Below are positions 1 to 13,364 of a stretch of DNA of 64,000 nt, in pieces; position 1 is the stretch's first letter, and every line of letters begins with the position of its first letter. Source of the stretch: Octopus vulgaris (taxonomy: Eukaryota); contig OX597826.1 in the NCBI GenBank assembly GCA_951406725.2, forward strand, positions 38,626,001 to 38,690,000. Reading direction: 5' to 3'. Under the pieces are notes generated by a model, which was given only the letters and a program-made list of their open reading frames with translations, ran no database searches and was not told the DNA's origin. Position numbers and translations under genes: made by a program.

Positions 1-1293
1 TCGATTTTGACAATGTAGCATTATTGAGCTAGTAGTGAGTTGTGAAATAGAAAGAGAGGTGGTAAAAAAGAGATGAGATGTAATAGATTAACCATCTGTA
101 TATACATATACCCATATGTGCTTACATATACATAGACATACATATACATACTTATATATATAAATATACATACACACCACTATGTGTCTGGCATGTTGAA
201 TATAAATATAAAAATAGTTAGAAAGAGGAAAGAAGTATGCAAATTAACAGGCTTATTGGAGTTTAAAATAAGTTGAAGCAAAATTAAATTGAAATTAAAA
301 TTAGTTATAAAATATATATATATCAGTGTTGTGCACTCCAGCTATGCAAGTCATGTATTGCATGGTCATTTATTTTTCATATAAATCAAAAATCAAATCA
401 AAAACACAAATTTTTTGTAACTATGTTGAAAAATAGTCGAAATCATTGAAAATGAAACTAACTAGTTAATTTGATTCAAAGACCCTTAAATGCAATATAA
501 AAATATAGCACTACTTTGATTATTGAAAACAGCTCTATTCTGACATCATTTCCCTTCCCATTGAAAATAGCTAGGAAGTCGTGCAATCTTAAACATGCAT
601 GAAGGTTTCTTATCTTTGGTCTTCTCTCTCTCTCTCTGTCAATACCTCTCTCTACCTTCTGTCAGTTCTTTGTAAGTGGTATCCTTATAGACTACCCAGA
701 TGGTTGAATAGAGATGACCATTTGACCTCAGTTAAAAATCACTAAATCTAAAAATGAAAGTAATTCCAGTCCTTTCAAAATTCTTTGTCAAGTCAGATCA
801 GTTCTGCCATTCAGATACTAGTATCAAATTTTTACCAAGTAAACAACATTATTTTTCTCATTGATATTTTATGTTCATTGTTAAATTGCTGGACTTTTGG
901 ATTACCTGTCCCATGTAAGTTGGAATTTCTCCCATTTGGCCAAAATCTTTCATTGCTTTATTGATTTACTAAGATTAGCTTACGTTTTATTCAAATTGAC
1001 ATAACTCTCACTTCTCTCTCCCTCTCCCTCTCCCTCTCCCACACACACACATGTGCACACATTTCATTTATAAAATGTCTTTTAAACTTTTGAAATATGA
1101 GTCCAAATGACTGAAATATGTTATAGAAATTTTGTAAAATATTAAAAAAAAAAAACCTCAAAAGAATACAATTAGATATGTATGTGTGTATGTGTGTATG
1201 TATGTATGCATGCATGTAAGTATGCATGCATGCATGTATGTATGTATTTGCATACATACACAAAACACTCACACATATTACAAAATTACTTAC

Positions 1294-2386
1294 CAAATGA
1301 ATTTTCAGATCCGACATATTTAGTAAATCCAGTGATATTTTCATATAAATTTCGAACAATTTCATCTAATTCTGCCTCAACAGATTCTTCCAATGGAACA
1401 TTATCATAAATACTAACACGTTTAGATCGGTCATTTTGTGAACCTGCACACAGATATTTTGAGCTGTCCTGTTTGGAATCATGTCCTAAACTGAAGCTCC
1501 CTGTCCTAAAATTTATTCCATGACCTTCTCCAGTTTCAATGTAGCCATTGTTTATAACTTTTGGAAAGCTTCCTGGTTTGTAGTCAGAAGGCAACAAATA
1601 AACTTCAGTCAAATTGTTGGAGTTGTTATTTTTTACAGCATTTTTTGAAATGGAATGATTATCAGAATAGTTGTCCAGGGTCCGTGGCTGAAACAGTTCT
1701 GATTTTTGTTTTGATTGTGCAGTTGTTGTATGTAGATGAAGATCAGGGCTACTGGCTGAAGAAAAGTCTATTTGTGAGGTACACTCAGAAGATGAGCAAT
1801 CAGTGGAATTTGACCGTGTCATCATGTGTTTGTTCTTCTTATCTAAATCAATACAATTCATACGACGAATTGTCTCTTTCATGTTGTCTGTCTCCATAAC
1901 GATTGGCCCACTGATCTGCAAGCAGTCCATCTGCTTCTTATTGCGCATGCTTCCACCATTTTTCTTTGACCCAAAACGACTTGTTATAAGTCTTGCTGGC
2001 CGAAAGCTTGAGGCTCGACCTAGCTTAGGGCTCAGGAGTGCCTGCGCAACTGTCGGCAGCTTTGCAGGCTGTAGTTCTGTGAGTATTTTATCACCTTCAG
2101 GTTCAGAAGATCCTGAGAAGTCTAATGATGCTACAGCAATCTGTTTAGTGTCATGATCAGTAGGTGCTGAGTTTACCAAACTGTTTTCTAGATGGCTATA
2201 ACTATCTTGGTCAGTTAGCAAGCTGTCGTGACTGCTACTGCTTCTAACAGGAGACATGGGTGGCACAGTATCAGATGGACGCTTTTGGTACAGTTGCAGA
2301 CCCATGCGAGACCATCGCCGACTGCTCCTCTGATACTTCCATTTGTCACTGAGTGCACATTGCTCCTCATCATCAGAATCATCACC
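1294..2386 (-). CDS. DLC1/STARD13-like: Large internal exon of DLC1/STARD13/cv-c family RhoGAP (post-SAM Ser-rich focal-adhesion-targeting region)
   Basis: Acceptor ttattcttcag|GGT at 2386 (phase 0); donor TTTG|gtaagt at 1294 (phase 1). Peptide has GDDSDDEEQCALSDKWKYQRSSRRWSR, LQISGP, YLLPSDYKPGSFPK, INFRTGSF, RVSIYDNVP and LD-like ELDEIVRNL, each matching a DLC1-family motif. The first 31 aa of the listed 397-aa ORF are intronic. Confidence 0.95.
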
Positions 2387-3583
2387 CTGAAGAATAAGTA
2401 AAAGAAACAGTAATAAGATGCATGTTATGGTATGTATATGAGTAAGCATGCATCTGTAGGAATGGAGAGGGATTTTCAAATAAATGCAAATATCTCAGTC
2501 AAAAGGCAACAGATAATCAATTCTTTCTTTTATAAATATTATCAAAAAAAAGTAGAACACACACACAAACACATATATAAAACACTGAATTAACTGGACT
2601 ATCAGATGTTGCTATACACAGCTGGTTGCCATGCACTTCTTTACATTGTTGAAGCCTTCGAATGATGCGTACCCACTAGATAGAATGCCAGTCCATTGCA
2701 GGGTTACTCATTTACAGTCGAGTGGACTGGAGCAGTGTAAAATAAAGCGTTTTGCTCATGAACCCAATGCACTGCTGGTCTTGGAATCGAAACCATGATA
2801 GCAAGATTGAGTGCAACACCTCAACCACTGTGTCATATCCTTAGTAATGATGATGATGTATACACACATATGCATAACACATTGACTCAGCTCCAGATTA
2901 TTTGAAGTTTCATGGATGCAGAATTCATCTACATCATCAGATGTTCAGTCACAGTTGAGAGAATTTAAAAGAAATGTAAAATGTCTTCAACTAAAAATCA
3001 TTTTTAGGCCTCCATTGGTCAGTTCAGGTCATATAGGTGTTTTTATTATTTTAGCAACAGTAATTCTTTCATTGAATGTTCCATGTTGCAGAGCAGACAG
3101 GATATTGGTGTAGGTTGAAATTATGTAGGGTATGACATTTTAGTGACATCAGTTCTTTCATTGCATGCTCTCTTTGGTAGAGTAGAGACAGTTAATTGGC
3201 AGTTTTCTTTTTTTTTTTTTGTCAGGTGAGACATTACAGTAACAACAATTACCATATGGAGAGGTAACTGATTTGATGTAACTTATTACATATGAGTTTA
3301 GATGACAAATATGGCTGCCAGAAAAGTTCTAATCTCTCTGTGAGCAGAAGGGGTTATATACCCTGGCATTGTGTAAGCACCAACCAGGTCTAGGATCATA
3401 CTTATAGGTTATTAATGGCCACTGGCTTCATGTTTATTAATACAGTATATCTTTGGATGGTAACAATAGTTTACCTGTTGATGAAGAGGCAGAGTTGGCA
3501 ATCATGAAGTCAAGGTGAGTAAGGAAGAAACCTGCCAAGAATGCTCTATGTGATGTTAGAAAAGTAATTTCTATGGTCCTATA

Positions 3584-3990
3584 GGTGCAGGAGTGGCTGT
3601 GTGGTAAGTAGCTTATTTACCAACCATATGGTTCTTGGTTCAGTCCCACTGCGTGGCACCTTGGGCAAGTGTCTTCTCCTATAGCCTCAGGCCGACCAAA
3701 GCCTTGTGAGTGGATTTGATAGATGGAAACTGAAAGAAGCCCATCATATATATGTATATATATATGTGTGTGCGTGTATGTTTGTGTGTCTGTGTTTGTC
3801 CCCCAAGCATTGCTTGACAACCGATGCTGGTGTGTTTATGTCCCCTGTCACTTAGCGGTTCGGCAAAAGAGACCGATAGAATAAGTACTGGGCTTACAAA
3901 GAATAAGTCCTGGGGTCGAGTTGCTCGACTAAATGCGGTGCTCCAGCATGGCCGCAGTCAACTGACTGAAACAAGTAAAAGAGTAAAGAG
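3584..3990 (+). mobile_element. tRNA-derived SINE family A, full-length copy
   Basis: Box A-like TGGCTGTGTGG, box B-like GGTTCAGTCCC, CCTTGGGCAAGTGTC core, internal TA/TG microsatellite, A-rich tail. Other full or partial copies near 12580, 13895, 28770-29046(-), 34200(-), 36694, 38985, 39290, 45665, 46590, 50940(-), 59415(-), 62505(-). Confidence 0.85.
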
Positions 3991-5164
3991 AGAGAGTCTC
4001 CAGATGAGAGGGACAAGAAGGTGGAATTTTCCCTGTTCCTACCTTTGAAGGAGTGCATATATTGCATGGATCTTTCCTTAAGATGATTAGTTATCATGCT
4101 CTTGTAGTGCACTGTGATGCTATTGAGTGATGTGAAAGTAGTCTAATAGACCACAGCTGTTGAGAGACAGTGGGATTTTGGTAATTATAAGTTGGAGTGT
4201 TAGGTAGTATATATTTGCAGTTGTTGTGGCATGCATTGCTGGAAGTGATATTATGTAAGCCTGAAAAGCTAACCTTGAAGTTATGGGTATTAAAAAGTTT
4301 ATGATATCTATAGCCCACATACAATGACTGGGTATATAACCTCTGCTACCAATAGAGTGGTTGTAGCCTACTATCACCCCGCAGCCATACTTGTCACACA
4401 AGCTATGTAATCTGACACCACCCAACTTGTTATCTCTCTATATGGTAACTATTATCACTGTAATGTCACATCCTACAGAATTCTCATTAACACCATGTCT
4501 CTATTCTACCATATGGAGAATACACCAAAAGAATTGAGGTTACAGAAATGCTGTATCCTACAGAATACTAACAAACTGATGCTGACCAACTGACCCTATT
4601 TTAACTCTTTAATTCTTTCATTGCGTGCTCCATTAAGTGTCTCTAGACAAGCAAAGAGATACACTGGAGTCCCTATATACACAACAACATTATGCATAGA
4701 TTAGTATTGAGTCTCTAGATCTGTGGAGCATCTGGACACCTTCCTAGTGTGCTAATGTTACAAAGCAGCACGGATTATATACTCTATTTACAACATGTTA
4801 TAATTACCCTCTTTATTTTTTTTTTTTTGGTGAAGGTTCATGGGCAAAAGGTTAGGGTGTTGCATTCAGGGTTGCAAGATCATATTTCAGTTCTTGAACC
4901 AGGCAGCATGTTGCTCCAGTTCACCCAGTGGTAAATGAATAACTCCACAATGGATTGGCATTTCAGTTATTTATACACCATGGAAACTGGGTATCTGGCT
5001 CTATGAGTCCATGAACTTGAGACAGTATTTAACTCACATAAATATTTTGACTTGTTTTTATTATTTATAAAACAAATTGACATCATTGTCATCATCATTA
5101 CCACCACCACCACCACCACCACCACCACCACCACCACCATTACACATATGTACTTGTGCTTTAA

Positions 5165-6310
5165 GAGTTGAAGAAGGAGGACTGGACCGGCTGAATTGTT
5201 TGACAGAAGTACACCAAAATGTTGTTGCATCCCTAACTGATGTCATCCAGAACCCAGAGCAAATACCTGCCTGTCTGACTGAAGGGACAATATACTGTCT
5301 ACCAAAAACTGAAGACACGAAAATTCCAAAGCACTACCGACCAATTACATAACTCAACACCACCTACAAGATCCTCATATCCATACTAACTGAAAGAATA
5401 TACACTTTCCTGGAACAGAACTCTATCCTTCCACTAGCTCAAAAAGGTTGTAAAAGGAATTCTTATGGATGCAAAGATCAATTACTCATAAATAAAATTA
5501 TTTTAGAGATTTGTTGGAGCTACAAGAAGAACCTGAGTATGGCATAGATAGACTACAGGAAAGTGTTTGATAGTGTTGCACATAATTAGCTACCAAAGCC
5601 CTTGAGATATACAAGATCTCCCTCGTAGTCTTCAAGTTCTTACTAGGTAGCCTACCCAAGTGGAATACATGTCTCCTTCTAAACCATAGTAATGGGATGA
5701 GCCAATCTAACAACATCAACATCAAATGAGGCATCTTTCAAGGTGATTCCCCCTCCTCATTACTGATCCCACTCTCAAACGAACTGAGTAACACCATGTG
5801 TGGGTTCAAAATGTATAATATTATAAATCATCTGTTTTACATGGACAATCTGAAGCTGTTTACTAGAAATGATGATGAGTTAGTAGGGCTGTTAACAACT
5901 GTTAAAGAGTTCAGCAATGACATCAGGATGAATTTTGGCCTTGGTAAGTGGGCTAAAGTAACTTTTGCAAGAGGAAAACCCAAGCAAACAGCTTCTATTA
6001 AATTAGATACTGACACTACCATCAAGGAGCTTGATTCACAAGGAAGCTATAAATACCCAGGGATAAACAAAGGAGACAGTATACATCATGCTATTATGAA
6101 GGAAAAGATACAAAAGGAGTGTTGCAGAAGAAAATGACACATACTAAAAACTGAACTCAACTCCAAAAATTGTATCGAAGTGCCTTTGGGATGATAAGAA
6201 AGGGATGTCAGAAATGTCTAGATGACATCCCAGGAAAACCATATCTCAGAGAAATCCAAAAGATTGTGCTGACAAGTACTGTCCACATCCTTAGAAAAAC
6301 CCTATCAATT
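5165..6310 (+). mobile_element. Decayed non-LTR retrotransposon, R4/Dong-like (RT plus REL C-terminus)
   Basis: Frameshifted peptides LPKTEDTKIPKHYRPIT, QKGCKRNSYGCKDQLLIN, GIFQGDS, INHLFYMDNLKLF, FSNDIRMNFGLGK and EIQKIVL..TVHILRK. Confidence 0.88.
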
Positions 6311-7236
6311 ATGTGTTGTATTACATGAAGATATTTCACTAATGCCCCTACCACTTCCCCTCCCCAAACTTTCTGTCATACTGTAACATCTCTCATCCTT
6401 CACTCACCCTAGGATACTGACTGTGCAAACATGCAGGTTAAAAGCAAATAATAACAACAACAACAACAACAACAACAACAACGATTATTATTATTATTAT
6501 TATTATCCTTCCTAGAAACACCTGAACCACCTGAACAAGCAAGTTTGAAATTCTACTTAATGAATTGAATAAGAGAGAGTAGGGATAAAGAATTTTAGCT
6601 ATTTAGAACAAGAATAGGCATGTTCACAGTGACAAAACAGAAACTTGTAGTGCACACAAGCTCTTTAAAGCATTATGGCTATGTATTGAACCAGGAATTA
6701 AAAAAAAATTAAATAGGAAATATAAAACCCACTGGAGGACAATGGTGAAGATAAAGGTATTGTGTTAAATTATTGTAATGAAAAAAAAGTGCTGAGATAG
6801 ACAGACTGACTTGAATGAAATGAAATAAAATCTTCAGAGAGCATGATAGAAACATGATAAAGAATAAAAAAACACAAAGAATTTTACAATACTATAGGAT
6901 ATGTGCTACTTACTTCTCTTCTGATGGTAAATAGTCTATACAAGGCAGGTAAATTGAGAAAAGATAGACTTGGTGGAAAAGATGGAGAGAAGAGAACAAG
7001 AGCTTGAAATAGGAGGTGGGTAAAGTACTGCTCCTTAAAGAAGGTGCATTAAGAAAAGAGTCATTAAAACACCAGAAATAAAATACAATGTGAAGAAAGT
7101 AAAGAGAAGAATAAAAACTTTTTAAATATGCATAAAATGTGCTTCCAAATATTTGTAGATATTCATCATGCATTTTCTTCTTGTGGAAACACATTTTACA
7201 CACATTTAAAAGACAACTGGAAAAGATATTCTAGAC

Positions 7237-7684
7237 CATAGACCCCCACCCACCAGGCCACAAACAAATAAGCGAGGTTTTCTGCAGTGACAATAACCAA
7301 AACAAAATTACGAAGTAGACTAGACATAAGGAACACTTTGAGTGTCATTGACTCCCATCACTCCCAAATGGGGCAGTTTAGTTGCAGGAAAACAAGCTCA
7401 GGGCTCCCACTGATTCTATATTATGGTGAGTTGATATTGATGTGATGACAATGCAATAGGTATTAGTTCAGGAAAACTAAGAACGCAAGTGTGTACTCAG
7501 GCTGGAGCCCAGACAAGGAGTCAAAAGATTATACACTTTTTCTTCCCTTTCATAAATTGCTCTTTTAATCATTGCCCTCTTTATTGAAATGTACTTAAAT
7601 TACACATATGTGTCACTATCGGTCTGCTGAAAGAGTGCCTGGCATGAAACCAGTTCGTGGTATAAAAAAGGTCAGAGACCACTG
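7237..7684 (+). mobile_element. hAT-Charlie (MER1/Charlie3-like) internally deleted DNA transposon
   Basis: Degenerate TIRs (CATAGACCCCCACCCACCAGGCCAC ... AAAAAGGTCAGAGACCACTG); 8-bp TSD TTCTAGAC/TTCTAGCT; transposase C-terminus FSAVTITKTKLRSRLDIRNTL/VSLTPITPKWGSLVAGKQAQGSH*. Confidence 0.85.
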
Positions 7685-7904
7685 TTCTAGCTGATAGTTT
7701 CATTTTATACATACTCTTAATAAATTTATGGAATTAAAAAAATCATATTAATGGCATACACTACAATATAAAATTCATGTCGGGTTTTGATTAAAAGAAA
7801 CAACTATTTTCAGACATTTTGCTTATGCAAACAGAAAGAAGACAGAAAAATACATCTGCTATACATCCCTGGATTAAAAGCAGTATCTTCTTTTCACATC
7901 CTGT

Positions 7905-8600
7905 CATTCTAAACATCACTAAATTAGCATAAGTTGGGGCAACTTTAGTACCCATCAGAGTTCCTGATATCATTATACTGAGTCACTTTATAAGAAATAA
8001 ATGTTTGTTAATATGAATCTAAGCTAGTGAATAATGAAGATTTTCAAAGCATTCTGGTAACTTAAACTAGTATGCATCAAGCTAATCTTTAATTGCGATA
8101 TTTTTAGTCATGGGAAAAATTAATGTATAAATTAACAACATCAAAGGAAACAATAATTGCATTTTGGCTCACTGTTATTGGTGATTAAGCATATCTAGAT
8201 CATCTCACCAAACATTGTATATGTTTTAAGTAGGACTTCAATTACTACTTGTGTATTTCACAGACCTGCAATAATTTGTCTGAGTTTCAAATCATCTGGA
8301 GATAGTATTTTGATGGTATTTTTGGAGATGGTTTTAAACTTTTGGCATGTCTATAGTTGTCTACATTTTTTACACTATTATTTTCTAACATTTTAAGTAC
8401 AATTTCTTTTATAAAAATTTGTACCGATGACAACATTAGCATTACCTTTATTAGCTTTTTCAACTGAAATGTCAAAGTTGTTTTGGAGATCATTTAAATT
8501 TTTCCTTTCTAGTTTTGAGTTCTTTCATAAATGTACATGTTCTTCCTAGCAGTGTCAAAATAAATGGCTTCTTTTTTTTATTTTTACAAATCAGGATCAA
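7905..8600 (-). mobile_element. Penelope-like element RT remnant
   Basis: SGTLMGTKVAPTYANLVM (PLE GTAMGTKMAP.YANL motif), IVSFDVVNLYT, and an (R)QIIAG-like segment. Confidence 0.8.
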
Positions 8601-8943
8601 CACAAATAAGTACAAAATATCCAAGTTAAGTGAAATATGAGATATATATCACAATTGGTTTATTCACTGGCATGAAAACTAGGATGTGATGACTTAGGAC
8701 AAATTCACACAGTCAATAACAAATAAAGTCTGTAGTTCACATCACTAATAAAATACAATGTACTGAATTGTTTATTCACGAAGCAAAGAAAACAAGTTCA
8801 TTGTCACTTAGTCTTGAAGACCACATGTTTACATTTCAGTATGTGGTGATGATGGTGGGTGCACACGTGCAAAGCAAAACAAAAGTGAATACTCAGAGGT
8901 GAGCAAATGTATGTTCTCATAAATTTGTGTGTATGTGTGAGTG

Positions 8944-8965
8944 AGGAGAGGGAGAGAGAGAGGGA

Positions 8966-9035
<70 letters not shown>
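8944..9035. repeat. (GA)n microsatellite
   Basis: Direct reading; one of many (TA)n, (CA)n, (TAA)n and (CAT)n tracts, e.g. 10806-10940, 16603-16680, 33265-33330, 61826-61943. Confidence 0.95.
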
Positions 9036-9039
<4 letters not shown>

Positions 9040-9216
9040 GTGTCAGTGCAGGTGTGTGTAAAGAATATTTGAGCTTTTTATTTTAAAAAATCCATTAGTT
9101 CCATGTAGCTACCTTCACTTGATTGAGAGAAAGTAAACGGTAAAAGACAAAAACAGAGAGAGTGTAAGTAAGAGATTAAGTCTCAGAGAGTTGTTAGTGG
9201 TACCTTTTATGTGATA

Positions 9217-9700
9217 CTTAACTCTCACATCACCAACCCAGCTGAAACCAGGTCTGGCTATGTGGGAGAAATGTCCTGCTTTCATAAGTTTTGAATTAAA
9301 ATCTACCAAACCTTAGTCACAATTTATGCTCCTAACAGTAGCTTAATGATAACTAAGTTCATCATCATCATCATCATCATCGTTTAACGTCCGTTCTCCA
9401 TGCTAGCATGGGTTGGACGGTTCGACCGGGGATCTGGGAAGCCAGAAGGCTGCACCAGGCTCCAGTCTTATCTGGCAATGTTTCTACAGCTGGATGCCCT
9501 TCCTAACGCCAACCACTCCGTGAGTGTAGTGGGTGCTATTATATGTATATATTTTATGCTATTATATGTATATATTTTATATGCTATTATATGTATATAT
9601 TTTATTATATGTATATATTTTACTAAATTCTTTGTTATATTTAAAGTAAGTGAAAGAAGCACAGAACATCTCAATACAAATATGATAACAAAAGGGTTAA
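9217..9700. mobile_element. piggyBac-like MITE interrupted by a family B SINE
   Basis: Ends ...AAAGGG-TTAA at about 9700; degenerate TTAA-CTCT left end near 9217. Confidence 0.4.
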
Positions 9701-9829
9701 AGAATTTTTATGAGTTATCAAAGAGTTGAGTTGAATTGTGCAAGTTCAGTAGTCTCCAATTCTCATGTAAAATTTGTTGTTTTCCCTAAACTGAAAAAGT
9801 TCTTCTCCCTAACTGGATTCGTCTACATT

Positions 9830-9950
9830 TTCTAGGAGACATCTGGTTTTTGTAGGGACCATCTGGTTTTTTGTAGGGGCCCTCTGGTTTTTTTTGTAGG
9901 GACTATCTGGTTTTTCTAGATGTCATTTAGTTTTTCTGTAGCCATCTGTT
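9830..9950. repeat. About 20-bp degenerate tandem repeat (TTTTTGTAGGGACCATCTGG)
   Basis: 5-6 visible units. Confidence 0.75.
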
Positions 9951-10631
9951 CTTTTTTGTTTTTGTTTTCAATTTAAAGAAAAATTCTGAAAATTGTAGTT
10001 TTGCATGAGTGAAGTTGAAGCTTTAGCTTTAGATCTGGTAAGGTTCCTGCTGCAGGTGTTTCATAACTATGCTAGAAAGATTAAGTAGTTTCAATGCCTT
10101 GTGTATTTTCAGCCAAACCAGGATAAAATGATAAAAATTTAAATCTTTACAGATTTCAAAAGAATTTGCTGAGATGACTGGGTCTTGTTGCTAAACTGAG
10201 ACAATTCCAGTCAGACAAAATGTATGGTAATCATATAGAGATAGATGTCTGGTTGGTTGGTTAGATAGAAGGATAGATGGGTAGATAAATAGATGAACTG
10301 GATAAATAAAAACAGCAGAGATACACATTTATTTACTATTAATTAGTTTATCAACTCTGAAGGAAATATGATGATATAAGTTTATCACAAGAATTGTGTG
10401 CACATGTGTTATTGAATCATTAACCATGAAATCTGTCAAATTACAAATGGATACCTTAGAGATAAAGACAAAAGTGGTGGTTTTGGTGGTGAGAATAATA
10501 AATGAATAAAATAACAAGAATAACTATAATAAACTACACAAAATAAGAGTCCCACTCCCCACCCACACAAAAAAGAAAAGGAATGAAACAAAGGAAAAAA
10601 TGACAATATGATTTAAAATGTTACTACTTAC

Positions 10632-10692
10632 AGTTTTACTTCTGGCTGTATCTATCTGGACTTTAGAACATCTGTTAAGAATATCCAGCCGT
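10632..10692 (-). CDS. DLC1/STARD13-like: DLC1-like exon, end of SAM domain (R-RLDILNRCSKVQIDTARSKT)
   Basis: 61 nt; acceptor ttctttttcaag|A (phase 2), donor ACT|gtaagt (phase 0). Joins the flanking exons in frame; resembles DLC1 RRLNTLNKC. Confidence 0.9.
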
Positions 10693-10824
10693 CTTGAAAA
10701 AGAAAAGAGAAAACTGAAGTTTTATTGATTTATAGAATTGGCCTTTGGACACTTATGGATTTTTCTTTTTCTTTCTTAATCTATTGTTTTCTCTTTTTTG
10801 AAGTTACACACACACACACACACA

Positions 10825-10883
<59 letters not shown>

Positions 10884-11455
10884 GTATATACATATATATA
10901 TATATATACACATATATATATATACATATATATATATATATTGTGTTCTGGGATTAATTGTATCTTTCATTTGATGATACAATGAAAACTACTGATAAAA
11001 GAGATATTGATGAATTCACACACAAGCAAATCACTATAGGAAGTCCAGTCAAGAAATAGCTCAATTTTTCAGTATTAATCATTAAACAATGAATAAAATA
11101 GGTGAGAGGTTGAATGATATTACTAAGTGAAGAAGAGACCTGGGAGGCTGCAGACAGTTTCTGAGGTGGGTCAAGAATAAAGCCAAGAGAAAATGAGAGG
11201 TTGTAAGTTCTATGGATAAGTTGCATATTGCATAAGAATATTATTAAATGATCTTGGACATGAACTAAAAGTTGCAAGAAAACAGTCAATAGTTTCAAAA
11301 GCTAATAAGACCAGGAAGTTCAACTGGTTTAAAGAGTTCTGTTACAAGGAAGAAGAGTTTTGGTCATCAATATGGTCATCAGTCTCCTCTCAACAAATGG
11401 TATTTGTTGAGAGGAGACTGAGTGTGAAGAATTGTATAAAAAACTATAACTCTAC

Positions 11456-11537
11456 CTGCTGAGGGCCTGTAGAGAATCAGTATCAAGGAAGTCATGGTCA
11501 TTATGGACTGATTCTGTGTTGATAGGAAACTGACCAT
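11456..11537 (-). CDS. DLC1/STARD13-like: DLC1-like SAM domain exon (DGQFPINTESVHNDHDFLDTDSLQALSR)
   Basis: 82 nt; acceptor ttttattgcag|AT (phase 1), donor CAG|gtagag (phase 2). Matches the DLC1 FPIDI..V..DHDFLD.D....L.R pattern. Confidence 0.92.
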
Positions 11538-13364
11538 CTGCAATAAAAGAAACAAAAATCATGTGAGAATACAGTCATTATTATCATCATCACCGCCATC
11601 ATCGCAACCACCACTACCATCATCACCATCAATATCATCACCACCACCACTACCAACATTACAACAATGACGACAACCACCATCACCTAAATAATATTCA
11701 GCTAAGAAGACTCTATGTAGTAACTCAATTTGCTAACAACAGCAGCTAAATTTCCTTCATGCCAAAAATCTCTGTGTTAAATAAGGAAAGATACATCAAA
11801 CAATATAGTCCTAGATATATTATGGCTGCAAAAAGATCAGAAAGATCATGGCTTGAATGTTTTTGATCAGGGTAACCTGGTGTTAAACAAGAAATAAAAA
11901 TAAAATCCCTTCACTATAATTTGCAGCGTTAACTAATACCATTAAAGTCAATATATTCAACTGTTTCCTCCTCGCAAAATTTGAGGTCTTATGCTTCTGT
12001 AAATCATTCCCTGTAGTAAATAATATAAATTGTCCTCATTGTTGTTGTGAAGTTTTGAGGTAGTTGGACAAGTTTTGTTTGGTTCTTTCTCATGGATCAA
12101 TTCTTAACATACTGTAATGATTCTGTTACAACCCAGTCCTGTAATGATTCTATTACAGAAGAGAAATGAATGATAGATGGAAGTAATACTCTTTTTGTTT
12201 TGACTACTTATGCTTATGAACAACAGCCGCTATAACACACAGATGCATATGTATTTCTCTGTGTAAAAGAATGAATAGAGAAGTTTAGATTGCAAAACAA
12301 GGAAAGAGTTTCTAGCTTTCTTTTTATCACCAGAGCTACATCAGATAGATGGGCTATTAGATATGAGAATGGTTGTGAAGGAGAAAAATTCTGGTACATG
12401 ACGAGCAATGTTGCCTCAATAACTCATTCTCTTACTGGGCAGTCTGAACAAAGACAATAACTTTCCTCTGCATTGTTTACAGATGTTTATTTGTATTAGA
12501 TTACATGTCACAGACAGTGCTAAAATTTGTATTGTTGATCATTAGAAATATGAGATGTAAACACAACTGAAGTTAGGAAGTTCACTTCACAACCATGTGG
12601 GTTTCATCCCACCATTTGGCACATTGCATCAGTGTCTTCTACTATAGTCATGTGTAGACCAAAATATTAGGAGTAGATTTGGTAGATGGAAACTAAAAGA
12701 AACCTCTGTGTGTGTGTGTGTGTGTGTATGTGTTTCTAGTGTTTTCTTACATTTGTGCTTCACCAATGCAAGCAATGATATTGCTATTCCTCTCTCCTGT
12801 CAACAAATTGTCCACAGACTTTGTGCCTTTGTAAATATATATAGAACGGGAGATTCCTTCTTGTAAAACAAATAACAGTTAGCAACATGAAGGATCTTTG
12901 GTTGTAAAACAAGGCCTGAATAATTTATTCATTTAATCAATGGTCACATAGACAAATGAACATAAAAATTAACAAAATACCCATACATATCACTCAACAA
13001 TAAAGCTATATGAGTTGGAAACTTAATTTACTGATGACATTTATCTATATCATAACTCACATGCATGTGTGTGTGTATGTGTGTGTGGTTGTATGTCAGT
13101 GAGTTCATGTACATATCTATATTTGTGAGTCTTTGTATGCATGCAATGATTTAAGAACAGGTGCTAAATTGTTTCTATATGAATTAGATATTTTTGCTGA
13201 TATTTCATATAACCTATCATACCTTTCAAGATTATATGAAAAGTTAAAGAACTGCTCCACCCATTCAAATCAGCTAATCCACCCACCACTTCATCTGCCT
13301 GTCCCTCCATCTACATTTGAACTCAGAAACATGAGGCCATGAACTAAAGATGATAAAGAATAGT

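Noticed and set aside
600-960. Possible next DLC1-like exon
   Set aside because: No frame with the expected RRDSGVG or RhoGAP motifs and no convincing splice pair; downstream exons are off-window.
2387-2479. Hydrophobic signal-peptide-like N-terminus of the 397-aa ORF
   Set aside because: It is the intron polypyrimidine tract upstream of the acceptor at 2386.
7622-7665. Hammerhead-like CTGAAAGA-GTGCCTGGCAT-GAAACCA..TGGTA
   Set aside because: The core has an extra base, there is no helix I, and the segment is explained as the hAT subterminal sequence.
9830-9950. Regular short repeats resembling a CRISPR array (also 57930-58255)
   Set aside because: Head-to-tail tandem units with no unique spacers, no cas genes, and a eukaryotic context.
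10085-10118. Possible decayed hammerhead on the minus strand (CTGAAAA..GAAAC)
   Set aside because: Core mutated and helices not convincing.
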